From Eledone cirrhosa (lineage: Eukaryota), in contig OZ024761.1 in NCBI GenBank assembly GCA_964016885.1, positions 11,656,001-11,720,000 of the forward strand: 64,000 nucleotides of DNA, read 5' to 3'. The notes beneath the pieces were generated by a model. The model made no database searches, was not told the origin of the DNA, and saw nothing but the letters and a program-made list of their open reading frames with translations. The translations under genes and the position numbers were made by a program. Shown in pieces: positions 13,753 to 25,828 of the stretch. Positions within the stretch are counted from its first letter, which is position 1. Each line of letters starts with the position of its first letter.

Positions 13753-13965
13753 ATAATTTCCACTATAGGCACAAGGCTAGTAATTCTGGGGGAGAGGAAA
13801 ATCGATTAAATTAACCTCAGTTCATTACTGGTACTTTATTTTATCACACCCCGTAAGGATGAAAGGTAAAGTTAACCTCGGCAGGATTTGAACTCAGAAT
13901 GGCAAGGGCCGTAACTCTATGTGTCAAAGCATGGCGTCCGACCCTCTACCGATACTGCCAAATAA
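13753..13965 (-). mobile_element. tRNA-derived SINE with Meta-domain-like core (full-length copy)
   Basis: Minus strand: tggcagtatcgg (A box), gagttcaaatcc (B box), gttaactttacctttcatccttacggg...aaataaagtaccag core, (ATT)n tail. Confidence 0.8.
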
Positions 13966-14000
13966 TAATAATAATAATGATGATGATAACAGCATCTTAC

Positions 14001-14234
14001 CGTTGGAAGCAGTCAAACTAGTGGCAAAGGAGAAAGATGATGACTGACTGTCGGCTGCTTTGAAGTTAAATCCACTGAAAGCTGGTGTTGTAGATACACT
14101 GGTTGATGTAACGGATGTGGTTATTGTAGCGCTACTGCTTGAGAAGATGGAGTTATTCGCAGAGAATTTCGGCCAACCACCTGGATTCTTCACTTCCGCT
14201 TTGGTTCCATTGTCATCTTTCAAGCTTTCAAAAG
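14001..14234 (-). CDS. NUP50: Nup50 coding exon 4 (FESLKDDNG...PAFSGFNF...SFSFATSLTASN)
   Basis: ttattgtag| acceptor, G|gtaaga donor; 234 nt, phase 1/1 fits neighbours; FG-nucleoporin-like FSGFNF and SFSF motifs. Confidence 0.88.
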
Positions 14235-14594
14235 CTACAATAAGAAATAATGGTTTCTGATTTAGGCACAAGGGCATAAACATTTTTTGGGGGGAGGGGG
14301 GGGGGGGGGGGGGGGGAGAGAAGACAATAATTGTTGAAATTGAACCAGATTCTGCAGTAATAGTAGCTAAAGCAGTGTTTCTCAACGTTTGTCTGCTTGT
14401 GGAACTCTTCAAATAATAGTTTTCATGTCAGGGAACCCCTACACAAATATATATATATATATATATATACACTGTATATATTCGAGTAACAGTCGATCTC
14501 ATCTAAAGGTCAATCCCTATTTTTGGCCCCAAAAAAAATCTAGAATCTTCTATAGACACCGTATACATACACTCGTACATAAATACACACACAT

Positions 14595-14652
<58 letters not shown>

Positions 14653-14732
14653 CCCGTCTAACCCATGCTAGCATGGAAGAATGGACGTAAAACGGTGATG
14701 ATGATGATACATACATACATAGATATTTTACT

Positions 14733-15270
14733 TGAGAGAAGACTATGTTGGTATGGTCACGTGATGCGCAATCAAAATTGATGGAAGTTACGGAGTAGAT
14801 AGACCCAGAAAAACCTGGGACGATTTGTTAAATTCCTACCTCACACCTCTCTAAGACAATGTCCCTGGACAGAGATCTTTGGCATCACACAGTAATACAG
14901 AAGACTCGCCTTGCCTATGTACAAAACGAAACCTAATCAGTAGGCACCTCTTAACCAAATATACACCCCAATCCACTACCCCTACCCTATCCTCCCACCA
15001 ACATCCAGTCCATATAAATGAGATCGAGATAGTGTAGGTGTCACACAAAAAAACAGTCCCCGCTGTAATGTGGCCGTGTAGGTAACACGGTAAAATGTTC
15101 CCAGTCCACACTGTAAATGTGGTTGGTGTTAGGAAGGGCATCCAGGTGTAGAAAACCTGCCAGATAGTCCTATACGAGCGAGACACGGTCACCTGACCAA
15201 CCTTGCCTCAAGTGGGACAACTCCCGTCTAACCCATGCTAGCGTAGAAGATGGACGTTAAACGATGATGA
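14733..15270 (+). mobile_element. RTE 3' fragment
   Basis: Matches 34420-34985, with deletions; (GAT)n tail. Confidence 0.8.
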
Positions 15271-15478
15271 TATATATATACATATACACACACACACATA
15301 AACAAGTACATACATGTATACAAATACGTACATATATATATATGTGTACACATATACGCACACACACATACATATATATATATACATTTCTATCCACACA
15401 CTCACACACAACACACAGTGTAAGTGTGTGTCTGTCAATGCAGAGAAAGAAATCAAATGAAAGGGAAAGAACTCTTAC

Positions 15479-16067
15479 TGGACAAAGAACTGGATTTCTG
15501 TTGTGGGGGTGATGTGACGGTGTTGCCAGCCTCATCTTTAGAGTCTTCTGCCCTGGCGTGGGATTCATCCTGGATAGTCTTCAGGTATTTCTCGTAGTCT
15601 TTGAAGATTGGCGTGAGAATGCAATAGGGATCCTTTGTCACGTGTTGCTGAAGCCACTTCAAAACACTCTCGTTCAGTTTCTTCAACTGCACGTGCAGCT
15701 TGCTGTCAGAGTCTGTGGATTTCACAGTAGGAGCTGCACCAGCACCAGCTGCACTGGTCATAAAACCATTCTTGCTGGTGATGCTGCCGCTGCCAAAGCT
15801 CACAGTGGCTGTTGTCGGATTAGAGAGAAAGTTGCTACTGCTGTCGCCGAAAGGTTTAATGGTGCTGTTTGATAGAGTGGTTGCAGTTGTGACAGTAGCA
15901 GTAGCAGTAGTAGTAGTAGTAGTACCAGCTGTAGTAGTAGTAGTAATAATAAAACTGCTACTAAGATCACTACCACCTTTAACAACACTACTGCTGTTGG
16001 AGCTACTGTTTAGGGAAGGAGATGTAAACCCAGCAAAACTGGCAAATAAACCACTTCCTGAAGAAGT
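15479..16067 (-). CDS. NUP50: Nup50 coding exon 3 (Ser/Thr-rich FG region plus LKKLNESVLKWLQQHVTKDPYCILTPIFKDYEKYL)
   Basis: Conserved central Nup50 helix (LN.SV..W...HV...P.C.LTPIF.DYEKYL). tgtttcag| acceptor, A|gtaaga donor; 589 nt, phase 0/1. Confidence 0.95.
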
Positions 16068-16119
16068 CTGAAACAGAAAATATAATAATATAAAAATGAA
16101 GCATAAATTGTAAGTATGG

Positions 16120-16463
16120 AACCCTAACTCCTGGTAATGTCTTAGGAGTGTCATATATATATATATATATAGACCCCTAGCTGCTGGTAAAGTCTTAGGG
16201 GTATAATATATATATATATATTTACATATAGACCTCTAACTCCTGGTAAAGTCCTAGGGCTGTCATATATATATTTTTAGACCCCTAACTCCTGTAAAGT
16301 CCTAGGAGTGTCATATATATATATATAGACCCCCTAACTCCTGTAAAGTCCTAGGGGTGTCATATATATATATAGACCCCCTAACTCCTGTAAAGTCCTA
16401 GGGGTGTAATATATATGGACTGCTAACTCCTTGTAAAGTCTTAGGGGTGTCATATATATAGAC
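16120..16463. repeat. ~50-bp minisatellite with variable (TA)n, ~7 copies
   Basis: Unit agacccctaactcctgtaaagtcctaggggtgtcatatata. Confidence 0.85.
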
Positions 16464-16971
16464 ACTTTATTTCACGCTGCCTCTTCTGCCTAGAATTGCA
16501 ACTGGTAGATAGTATCAGCCGTGGAAAGACCAATGAAAACATTGTTTCCTTGGTCCGATTTCACAAGTTCCACCCCATTTGGAAAACGAAAGAGGTCTGG
16601 GATCTTGCTGACCGAATCCCCAGGAGTTTTAAAGTGTTTTACCCATTATTTTCCATGTAAACACATGCTGGCTAGGGTTGGACATGGGTCATTTACAGAC
16701 CAAGGCAGTACTGGTCTGTAAATGACCTGTGTCCAAACATTAGATGGACCAGGGTACATATCTAGTTGACACACATCTTCCAGTATTGGCACGATTTCTA
16801 CAGCAGGATGCCCTACCTAACACTAACCCCTTACTAAAACAAAAACTAAATAACATTACAGATGCAAAATATAAATCCCTCTAAACTGGTGTCCCAGCAT
16901 GGCCCAGTCTAATTGAAACAATTCTAAAGGGGGGGGGGGGGGGTACAACAACAGACATGAAATATACTCAC

Positions 16972-17055
16972 CGTTGAAGTCGTGGATCTTCGTTTGGCCT
17001 TTATTATATTTCGCTGTTTCAAGACTTCTTTCTTTGCTGCAACAAACTCACCAGC
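16972..17055 (-). CDS. NUP50: Nup50 coding exon 2 (AGEFVAAKKEVLKQRNIIKAKRRSTTST)
   Basis: Contains the VLKxRxIxKAKRR motif of the Nup50 N-domain. ttttctgtag| acceptor, ACG|gtgagt donor; 84 nt, phase 0/0. Confidence 0.92.
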
Positions 17056-18245
17056 CTACAGAAAATAGTAGTTGATAGCTTCTGTTACCTAAGTGTCTAA
17101 AACTCACCAGCCTACAGAAAATACAAGTAGTTGATAGCTTCTGTTACCTAAGTGTCTAAAACTCACCAGCCTACAGAAAATACAAGTAGTTGATAGCTTC
17201 TGTTACCTAAGCGTCTAAAACTCACCAGCCTACAGAAAATACAAGTAGTTGATAGCTTCTGTTACCTAAGCGTCTAAAACTCACCAGCCTACAGAAAATA
17301 CAAGTAGTTGATAGCTTCTGTTACCTAAGTGTCTAAAACTCACCAGCCTACAGAAAATACAAGTAGTTGATAGCTTCTGTTACCTAAGTGTCTAAAACTC
17401 ACCAGCCTACAGAAAATACAAGTAGTTGATAGCTTCTGTTACCTAAGCGTCTAAAACTCACCAGCCTACAGAAAATACAAGTAGTTGATAGCTTCTGTTA
17501 CCTAAGCGTCTAAAACTCACCAGCCTACAGAAAATACAAGTAGTTGATAGCTTCTGTTACCTAAGTGTCTAAAACTCACCAGCCTACAGAAAATACAAGT
17601 AGTTGATAGCTTCTGTTACCTAAGCGTCTAAAACTCACCAGCCTACAGAAAATACAAGTAGTTGATAGCTTCTGTTACCTAAGCGTCTAAAACTCACCAG
17701 CCTACAGAAAATACAAGTAGTTGATAGCTTCTGTTACCTAAGCGTCTAAAACTCACCAGCCTACAGAAAATACAAGTAGTTGATAGCTTCTGTTACCTAA
17801 GTGTCTAAAACTCACCAGCCTACAGAAAATACAAGTAGTTGATAGCTTCTGTTACCTAAGTGCCTAAAACTCACCAGCCTACAGAAAATACAAGTAGTTG
17901 ATAGCTTCTGTTACCTAAGTGTCTAAAACTCACCAGCCTACAGAAAATACAAGTAGTTGATAGCTTCTGTTACCTAAGTGTCTAAAACTCACCAGCCTAC
18001 AGAAAATACAAGTAGTTGATAGCTTCTGTTACCTAAGTGTCTAAAACTCACCAGCCTACAGAAAATACAAGTAGTTGATAGCTTCTGTTACCTAAGTGTC
18101 TAAAACTCACCAGCCTACAGAAAATACAAGTAGTTGATAGCTTCTGTTACCTAAGTGTCTAAAACTCACCAGCCTACAGAAAATACAAGTAGTTGATAGC
18201 TTCTGTTACCTAAGTGTCTAAAACTCACCAGCCTACAGAAAATAG
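17044..18245. repeat. 59-bp tandem repeat (~20 units) overlapping the NUP50 exon-2 acceptor
   Basis: aaactcaccagcctacagaaaata occurs 21 times; first period 56 bp, then 59 bp. Confidence 0.96.
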
Positions 18246-18534
18246 ATAAAGAAACAAGGTTGACTAATTTCCATTGTTGGGGATATGGCTCTATTGAAGT
18301 AGTTAACAAAATACACTCTGTAGACCAATGGGAACAGACATGTGATCGAGATGTGGGTCCCACCCAGCCTGTCTGAGCACTCAGTAGAATGTAGGAACTT
18401 GTGTAATCAAGATACAGCCCCTCCCTGGACTTCTGAGAGTTCAGTAACTCTGCTGGGGTATTAGACTTAGTTTTTGACAACCTGTCCAACCCTTCTTAAG
18501 AAAGAAAATAGACGTTAAATGATGATACACACAC

Positions 18535-18711
18535 TACAGTAAATGTGGTTGGGGTTAGGAAGGGCATCCAGCCGTAGAAAACCTGCCAGACAGTCCTATA
18601 TGAGCGAGACACGGTCACCCGACCAACCTTGCCTCAAGTGGGACACCTCCCGTCTAACCCATGCTAGCGTGGAAGATGGACGTTAAACGAAGATGATGAT
18701 GATGATGATGA
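18535..18711 (+). mobile_element. Isolated RTE 3' tail
   Basis: Same 3' UTR motif and (GAT)n tail. Confidence 0.75.
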
Positions 18712-18729
18712 TATATATGTGTGCGTGTG

Positions 18730-19020
18730 GGTCACTAGGAACCTCACCTCACCACTGTCAAAGGAAGGAAGGCGGCGTGGTTTGGCCACATCACACGGCA
18801 TGACAGCCTGTGCAATACCATCATGTTAGGCCCTGTTGAAGGTGGACGGACACAGGAAGGGACGCCAACGCAAAAATTGGTTGGACAATGTCAAAGAATG
18901 GACGCAAATGACGGCTGCCGTTGATAGACTATTTTGAGTGTGGGTGGGCTGCTTCTGCAGTAGGACCCCCCACCCCCACCTCACCGGCGACTACAGAAGT
19001 CAAGGGACTAATGATGATGA
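18730..19020 (+). mobile_element. Degraded RTE/BovB-like 3' fragment
   Basis: WFGHITRHDSLCNTIMLGPVEG...GRQRKNWLDNVKEWT, read across a frameshift. Confidence 0.65.
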
Positions 19021-19043
19021 TGTGTGTATATATATATATATAT

Positions 19044-20373
19044 AAGGCCGAGGGTGTCTTGGCATCACTCAGCAAGACCTTTGTTAGCCGCTCTCCAGCC
19101 ATCTATTTAAAGCTGTATACAGCTATGGTACGACCACACTTGGAATTCGCATCATCAGTCTGGAACCCCTATCTTGCTCCTGGAAACTGTTCAGAGACAT
19201 GCAACCAAGCGCATACCCTCCATCAGACACCTACCATACTCTGAACGCCTTGCTTCCCTGGGCATGGAGTCATTGAAGCTCCGACGTCTGGCAATGGACT
19301 TGGTAAACACCCACAAAGTTATTAACCATCTCGCCAACAACAACTCTGAGCACCTTTTTGATCTCCATGTGTCTAACACACATGGACATGCCTACAAAGT
19401 CAGAAAACAGCACAGCTCCCATGACTTTCGTAAACATTTTTTCACGCTCAGAGTTGCTGAAGCATGGAACAAACTCCCTGCATCAGTTGTTAGCTGCCGA
19501 GACACTGCATCCTTTAAAACCTCCATGGAACAAACTACCTGCGTCAGTTGTTAGCTGTCGAGACACTGCATCCTTTAAAACCTCCATGGAACAAACTACC
19601 TGCAACAGTTGTTAGCTGCTGAGACACTGCATCCTTTAAAACCTTCATGGAACAAACTACCTGCATCAGTTGTTAGCTGCCGAGACACTGCATCCTTTAA
19701 AACCTCCATGGAACAAACTACCTGCATCAGTTGTTAGCTGTCGAGACACTGCATCCTTTAAAACCTCCATGGAACAAACTACCTGCATCAGTTGTTAGCT
19801 GTCGAGACACTGCATCCTTTAAAACCTCCATGGAACAAACTACCTGCATCAGTTGTTAGCTGTCGAGACACTGCATCCTTTAAAACCTCCATGGAACAAA
19901 CTACCTGCATCAGTTGTTAGCTGTCGAGACACTGCATCCTTTAAAACCTCCATGGAACAAACTACCTGCATCAGTTGTTAGCTGTCGAGACACTGCATCC
20001 TTTAAAACCTCCATGGAACAAACTACCTGCATCAGTTGTTAGCTGTCGAGACACTGCATCCTTTAAAACCTCCATGGAACAAACTACCTGCATCAGTTGT
20101 TCGCTGTCGAGACACTGCATCCTTTAAAACCTCCATGGAACAAACTACCTGCATCAGTTGTTCGCTGTCGAGACACTACATCCTTTAAGACACTCATGCT
20201 TCCCGAAATACGCCAAAACTACACCTAATATTCCCCCTTCCATACACATGCACACATGTGTATATCATGGCTCATGCACTGTTCATTTTCCTGATGTTTG
20301 TACATTACCCTATGTACTATACATACACCTTTTGATGAGTTGTAGTGCACCTGAGCACTGTACACAATATTTC

Positions 20374-20390
<17 letters not shown>
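19044..20390 (+). mobile_element. 3' fragment of the same CR1-type LINE with an internal 61-bp tandem expansion
   Basis: Near-identical to 44861-45670, with a small frameshifting deletion. Confidence 0.9.
19463..20195. repeat. 61-bp tandem repeat, 12 copies, derived from the CR1 ORF2 end
   Basis: catggaacaaact recurs from 19463 to 20134 at a 61-bp period. Confidence 0.93.
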
Positions 20391-20405
<15 letters not shown>

Positions 20406-20627
20406 TACATATATAAATATATGGGGGGGGGGGGGGGTGATGGTGGTGGTGGTGGTGCTGCTGCTGCTGGTGACGAAGACAATGTCAATATTTACAGAGA
20501 AAATTCTTGCCAATATCAGAAATACACTGAATTGAGTAATCCTTGCTGACAGCTACTTGTGTGTGTGTGTGTGTGTGTGTGTGTACATTTATGTTTCTGT
20601 GTGTGTGTATGTGTGTACATTTATATA

Positions 20628-20661
<34 letters not shown>

Positions 20662-21724
20662 GGTGTATCTGTGTGTACATTTATATGTTTCTGTGTGTGT
20701 GTTGGTGTGTGTGTTAGTGTGTATGTGTGTACATTTATATATGTTTGTGTGTGTGTCCCGGCCTATGTGTCTGTGTGTGTGTTTGTATGTGATGGTGTAT
20801 ATCTATGTGAGCATGTATTTGTATGAGAATCATCATCATCATCATCATGTATGTGAATATATGCATGTGCATCTGTCTGTGAATGTATGTACATGGACAT
20901 CTATGTGTGTATGTGAACGCCTATGTGCATCTGTGCGTGTACGTGCAGCCGAGACATCAGCAGTACACTCCCAGTATTATCTCTCAACACAAAATGCAGC
21001 TATTTATATCTGTAAAGACAACTAAATTAATGTTGTTTAAGAGGAAACAACCCACATCTCTGTTGTAATGTCTTGTTGTTGTACTGTCAGTTGTGGGACA
21101 GCTACAGCTTGTTGATATGTGGTGTGTTGTGTGTGGTGTGAGTGTGTGTGTGTGGTTGTGATGTGAGAGTGTGTGTGTGTGGTTGTGAGTGTGTGTGGAG
21201 TGTGTTGTGTGGTTGTGATGTGTTGTGTGTGGTGTGAGTGTGTGGTTGTGTTGTGAGTGTGTGTGTGTGGTTGTGGTGGTGTGAGTGTGTGTGTGTATGG
21301 TTGTGGTGGTGTGAGTGTTTGTCTGGTTGTGGTGGTGTGAGTGTATGTCTGGTTGTGGTGGTGTGAGTGAGTGTGTGTATGCGTGTGTCTGTTGTGAGAG
21401 AGTGAGTGAGTGGTTGTGAGAGCTTGTGTCCCCCCAATTGATTGTAACTGACAGTCATGTTGACTGTTGTGAAGAGAAATGGAATGAGATGGTTGGGTCA
21501 CATGAAAGCGACTGGGTGAGAGGAACAGAACCAGTGATGGATGCTGTGAAATCACATTAACAAGACATTCTTAAAGAGTACAAAACAACACTATGACTGT
21601 ATCACATTAAAAATGGAAGTCTTTTTTTCTAACACTGCTAATTTCCACAATGATCATCTGTCTACCAGTAAAGATACTTTAAACATTTGAATTAACAAAT
21701 CAACTTTTTTGATATCCTCTAAAC

Positions 21725-24519
21725 CAGTCATGTGCAACCTGCGGCCCGCGAAGCTTTCTCAATGGCTCACCTAAGTCACCTAAGTGAAATCTTTGTTTTT
21801 TACCCCAACTTTTCAGTCGTAATTTATCTCTATCATTTTTACGGCAGAGGAAAACAACCCGAGTTATGGCCCCCTTTTTTTAAATGTAGGCACGAATGTA
21901 AATTAGCGCTTGCGGCCCAGCAGATGATGAGCCATATCTCATGTGGCCCGCCTGATGATGAGCCATATCTCATGCGGCCCGCCTGATGATGAGCCATATC
22001 TCATGCGGCCCGCCTGATGATGAGCCATATCTCATGCGGCCCGCCTGATGATGAGCCATATCTCATGCGGCCCGCCTGATGATGAGCCATATCTCATGCG
22101 GCCCGCCTGATGATGAGCCATATCTCATGCGGCCCGCCTGATGATGAGCCATATCTCATGCGGCCCGCCTGATGATGAGCCATATCTCATGCGGCCCGCC
22201 TGATGATGAGCCATATCTCATGCGGCCCGCCTGATGATGAGCCATATCTCATGCGGCCCGCCTGATGATGAGCCATATCTCATGCGGCCCGCCTGATGAT
22301 GAGCCATATCTCATGCGGCCCGCCTGATGATGAGCCATATCTCATGCGGCCCGCCTGATGATGAGCCATATCTCATGCGGCCCGCCTGATGATGAGCCAT
22401 ATCTCATGCGGCCCGCCTGATGATGAGCCATATCTCATGCGGCCCGCCTGATGATGAGCCATATCTCATGCGGCCCGCCTGATGATGAGCCATATCTCAT
22501 GCAGCCCACCTGATGATGAGCCATATCTCATGTGGCCCACCTGATGATGAGCCATATCTCATGTGGCCCACCTGATGATGAGCCATATCTCATGTGGCCC
22601 ACCTGATGATGAGCCATATCTCATGTGGCCCACCTGATGATGAGCCATATCTCATGTGGTCCACCTGATGATGAGCCATATCTCATGTGGCCTGCCTGAT
22701 GATGAGCCATATCTCATGTGGCCTGCCTGATGATGAGCCATATCTCATGAGGCCTGCCTGATGATGAGCCATATCTCATGTGGCCCACCTGATGATGAGC
22801 CATATCTCATGTGGCCTGCCCGATGATGAGCCATATCTCATGAGGCCTGCCTGATGATGAGCCATATCTCATGTAGCCCACCTGATGATGAGCCATATCT
22901 CATGAGGCCCACCTGATGATGAGCCATATCTCATGTGGCCCACCTGATGATGAGCCATATCTCATGTGGCCCACCTGATGATGAGCCATATCTCATGTGG
23001 TCCACCTGATGATGAGCCATATCTCATGTGGCCTGCCTGATGATGAGCCATATCTCATGAGGCCCGCCTGATGATGAGTCATATCTCATGTGGCCTGCCT
23101 GATGATGAGCCATATCTCATGTGGCCCACCTGATGATGAGCCATATCTCATGTGGCCCACCTGATGATGAGCCATATCTCATGTGGCCCACCTGATGATG
23201 AGCCATATCTCATGCGGCCCGCCTGATGATGAGCCATATCTCATGCGGCCCACCTGATGATGAGCCATATCTCATGTAGCCCACCTGATGATGAGCCATA
23301 TCTCATGAGGCCCACCTGATGATGAGCCATATCTCATGAGGCCCACCTGATGATGAGCCATATCTCATGTGGTCCACCTAATGATGAGCCATATCTCATG
23401 TGGCCTGCCTGATGATGAGCCATATCTCATGAGGCCTGCCTGATGATGAGCCATATCTCATGTGGCCCACCTGATGATGAGCCATATCTCATGTGGTCCA
23501 CCTAATGATGAGCCATATCTCATGAGGCCTGCCTGATGATGAGCCATATCTCATGTAGCCCACCTGATGATGAGCCATATCTCATGAGGCCCACCTGATG
23601 ATGAGCCATATCTCATGTGGCCCACCTGATGATGAGCCATATCTCATGTGGCCCACCTGATGATGAGCCATATCTCATGTGGCCCACCTGATGATGAGCC
23701 ATATCTCATGCGGCCCGCCTGATGATGAGCCATATCTCATGTGGCCCACCTGATGATGAGCCATATCTCATGTAGCCCACCTGATGATGAGCCATATCTC
23801 ATGAGGCCCACCTGATGATGAGCCATATCTCATGTGGCCCACCTGATGATGAGCCATATCTCATGTGGCCCACCTGATGATGAGCCATATCTCATGTGGT
23901 CCACCTAATGATGAGCCATATCTCATGTGGCCTGCCTGATGATGAGCCATATCTCATGAGGCCTGCCTGATGATGAGCCATATCTCATGTGGCCCACCTG
24001 ATGATGAGCCATATCTCATGTGGCCCACCTGATGATGAGCCATATCTCATGTGGTCCACCTAATGATGAGCCATATCTCATGTGGCCTGCCTGATGATGA
24101 GCCATATCTCATGAGGCCTGCCTGATGATGAGCCATATCTCATGTAGCCCACCTGATGATGAGCCATATCTCATGAGGCCCACCTGATGATGAGCCATAT
24201 CTCATGTGGCCCACCTGATGATGAGCCATATCTCATGTGGCCCACCTGATGATGAGCCATATCTCATGTGGCCCACCTGATGATGAGCCATATCTCATGA
24301 GGCCCGCCTGATGATGAGCCATATCTCATGTGGCCTGCCTGATGATGAGTCATATCTCATGTGGCCTGCCTGATGATGAGCCATATCTCATGTGGCCCGC
24401 CTGATGATGAGCCATATCTCATGTGGCCTGCCTGATGATGAGCCATATCTCATGTGGCCCACCTGATGATGAGCCATATCTCATGTGGCCCACTTCTTGA
24501 GAAAGGCTGCCCATGCCTG
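21725..24519. mobile_element. Non-autonomous hAT (Charlie-like) element containing a 31-bp satellite
   Basis: Imperfect 16-bp TIRs cagtcatgtgcaacct / aggctgcccatgcctg; identical 8-bp TSD ctctaaac at 21717-21724 and 24520-24527. Confidence 0.88.
21922..24494. repeat. 31-bp tandem repeat, ~83 copies (tgatgatgagccatatctcat + variable 10-mer)
   Basis: Strict 31-bp period. Confidence 0.96.
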
Positions 24520-25142
24520 CTCTAAACTATTACATGACATTAAGTTACTGTGGATGTTGGTGACAAATTTAGACAGTGTCACACAGCAGTAGATGACACA
24601 GTCACAAATGTGTCTGGAGCCCAGTGTCTGTTATAAAAGACAATGGAACATAGTGATGGTCTTAATAATGTCAAACTAAATTACCATTTCAGATGAAAAC
24701 CAATTTCCATCATGGACAAAAGAAAAAAAAAAATGGATATATTCCGTGATTTAATTACATAAATAGAGGAAAAAATTAGATATAATAATAGAAATAATAA
24801 TAATAATAATAATAGAATTGTAATTATTTTGTAAAGTTAGGATTGGTAGATGGAAGAGGGATAGGTGGAGAGAGGAGGAGGAGAGGGATAGGTGGAGAGA
24901 GGAGGAGGAGAAAATAGATAAACAAATATAAGACTACCTGAACAAATTTATTTTCTAATTAATTACTGAAGTATTTTCAAGTAATTGGCCAAAGTGTGTG
25001 AGTATATGTATATATACATATCTTTTCATATATATTCATATACACACACATGCATATAAAGATATATACACATATCTATCACTCTCTCTATATATATATA
25101 CACACACACAAACATCTATTCATTCATCTCTCTCATATATAT

Positions 25143-25179
<37 letters not shown>

Positions 25180-25828
25180 CACATATCTATTCATTCATCT
25201 CTCTCATATATACACACACACACACACACATATATATATACACATATCTATTCATTCATCTCTCTCATATATACACACACACACACATATCTCTCTCATA
25301 TATACACACACACACACACATATATATACACACATATCTATTCATTCATCTTTCTCACTCATATATATATATACACACACACACACATATATATATATTC
25401 ATATTTATATTTTTACATACATTTGTTTTCGACAAAAACAGACATTTCTAAATATGTCCAGATAGTTGCAAGGAAAATAACTAACATAAGATAAATACAA
25501 ATTGTGACGACTATATTGAGATCATCATCATCATCATCATCACCGTTTTACGTCCGTTCTTCCACGCTAGCATGGGTTAGACGGGTTGTCCTGTTGTGGG
25601 CAGTGTCTGGTCGGCTGACCATGCCTTGCTCATACAGGAACTGATCTGGCTTGATTTCTACAGCTGGATGCCCTTCCTAACACCAACCTCATTTACAGTG
25701 AGTGCTGGGTGCTTTTTCGTGGCGCCTACACGTCCACTTTACAGTGTGGGCTGGGTGCTTTTTTGCCGTGGCACCTCCACGACCACCTTGCGGTGGGGGG
25801 GGGGGGGGGGGCATATTGTTTATATGCT

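Noticed and set aside
13860-13965. tRNA genes at SINE heads
   Set aside because: A/B boxes are present but there is no cloverleaf; they continue into SINE bodies.
21922-24494. CRISPR-like constant-plus-variable array
   Set aside because: The variable parts are 10-nt point variants of one sequence, not unique spacers; the context is eukaryotic and there are no cas genes.
21922-24494. CTGATGA in every unit as a hammerhead core or C/D box
   Set aside because: No GAAA core partner; the putative boxes overlap and are too close for a snoRNA.
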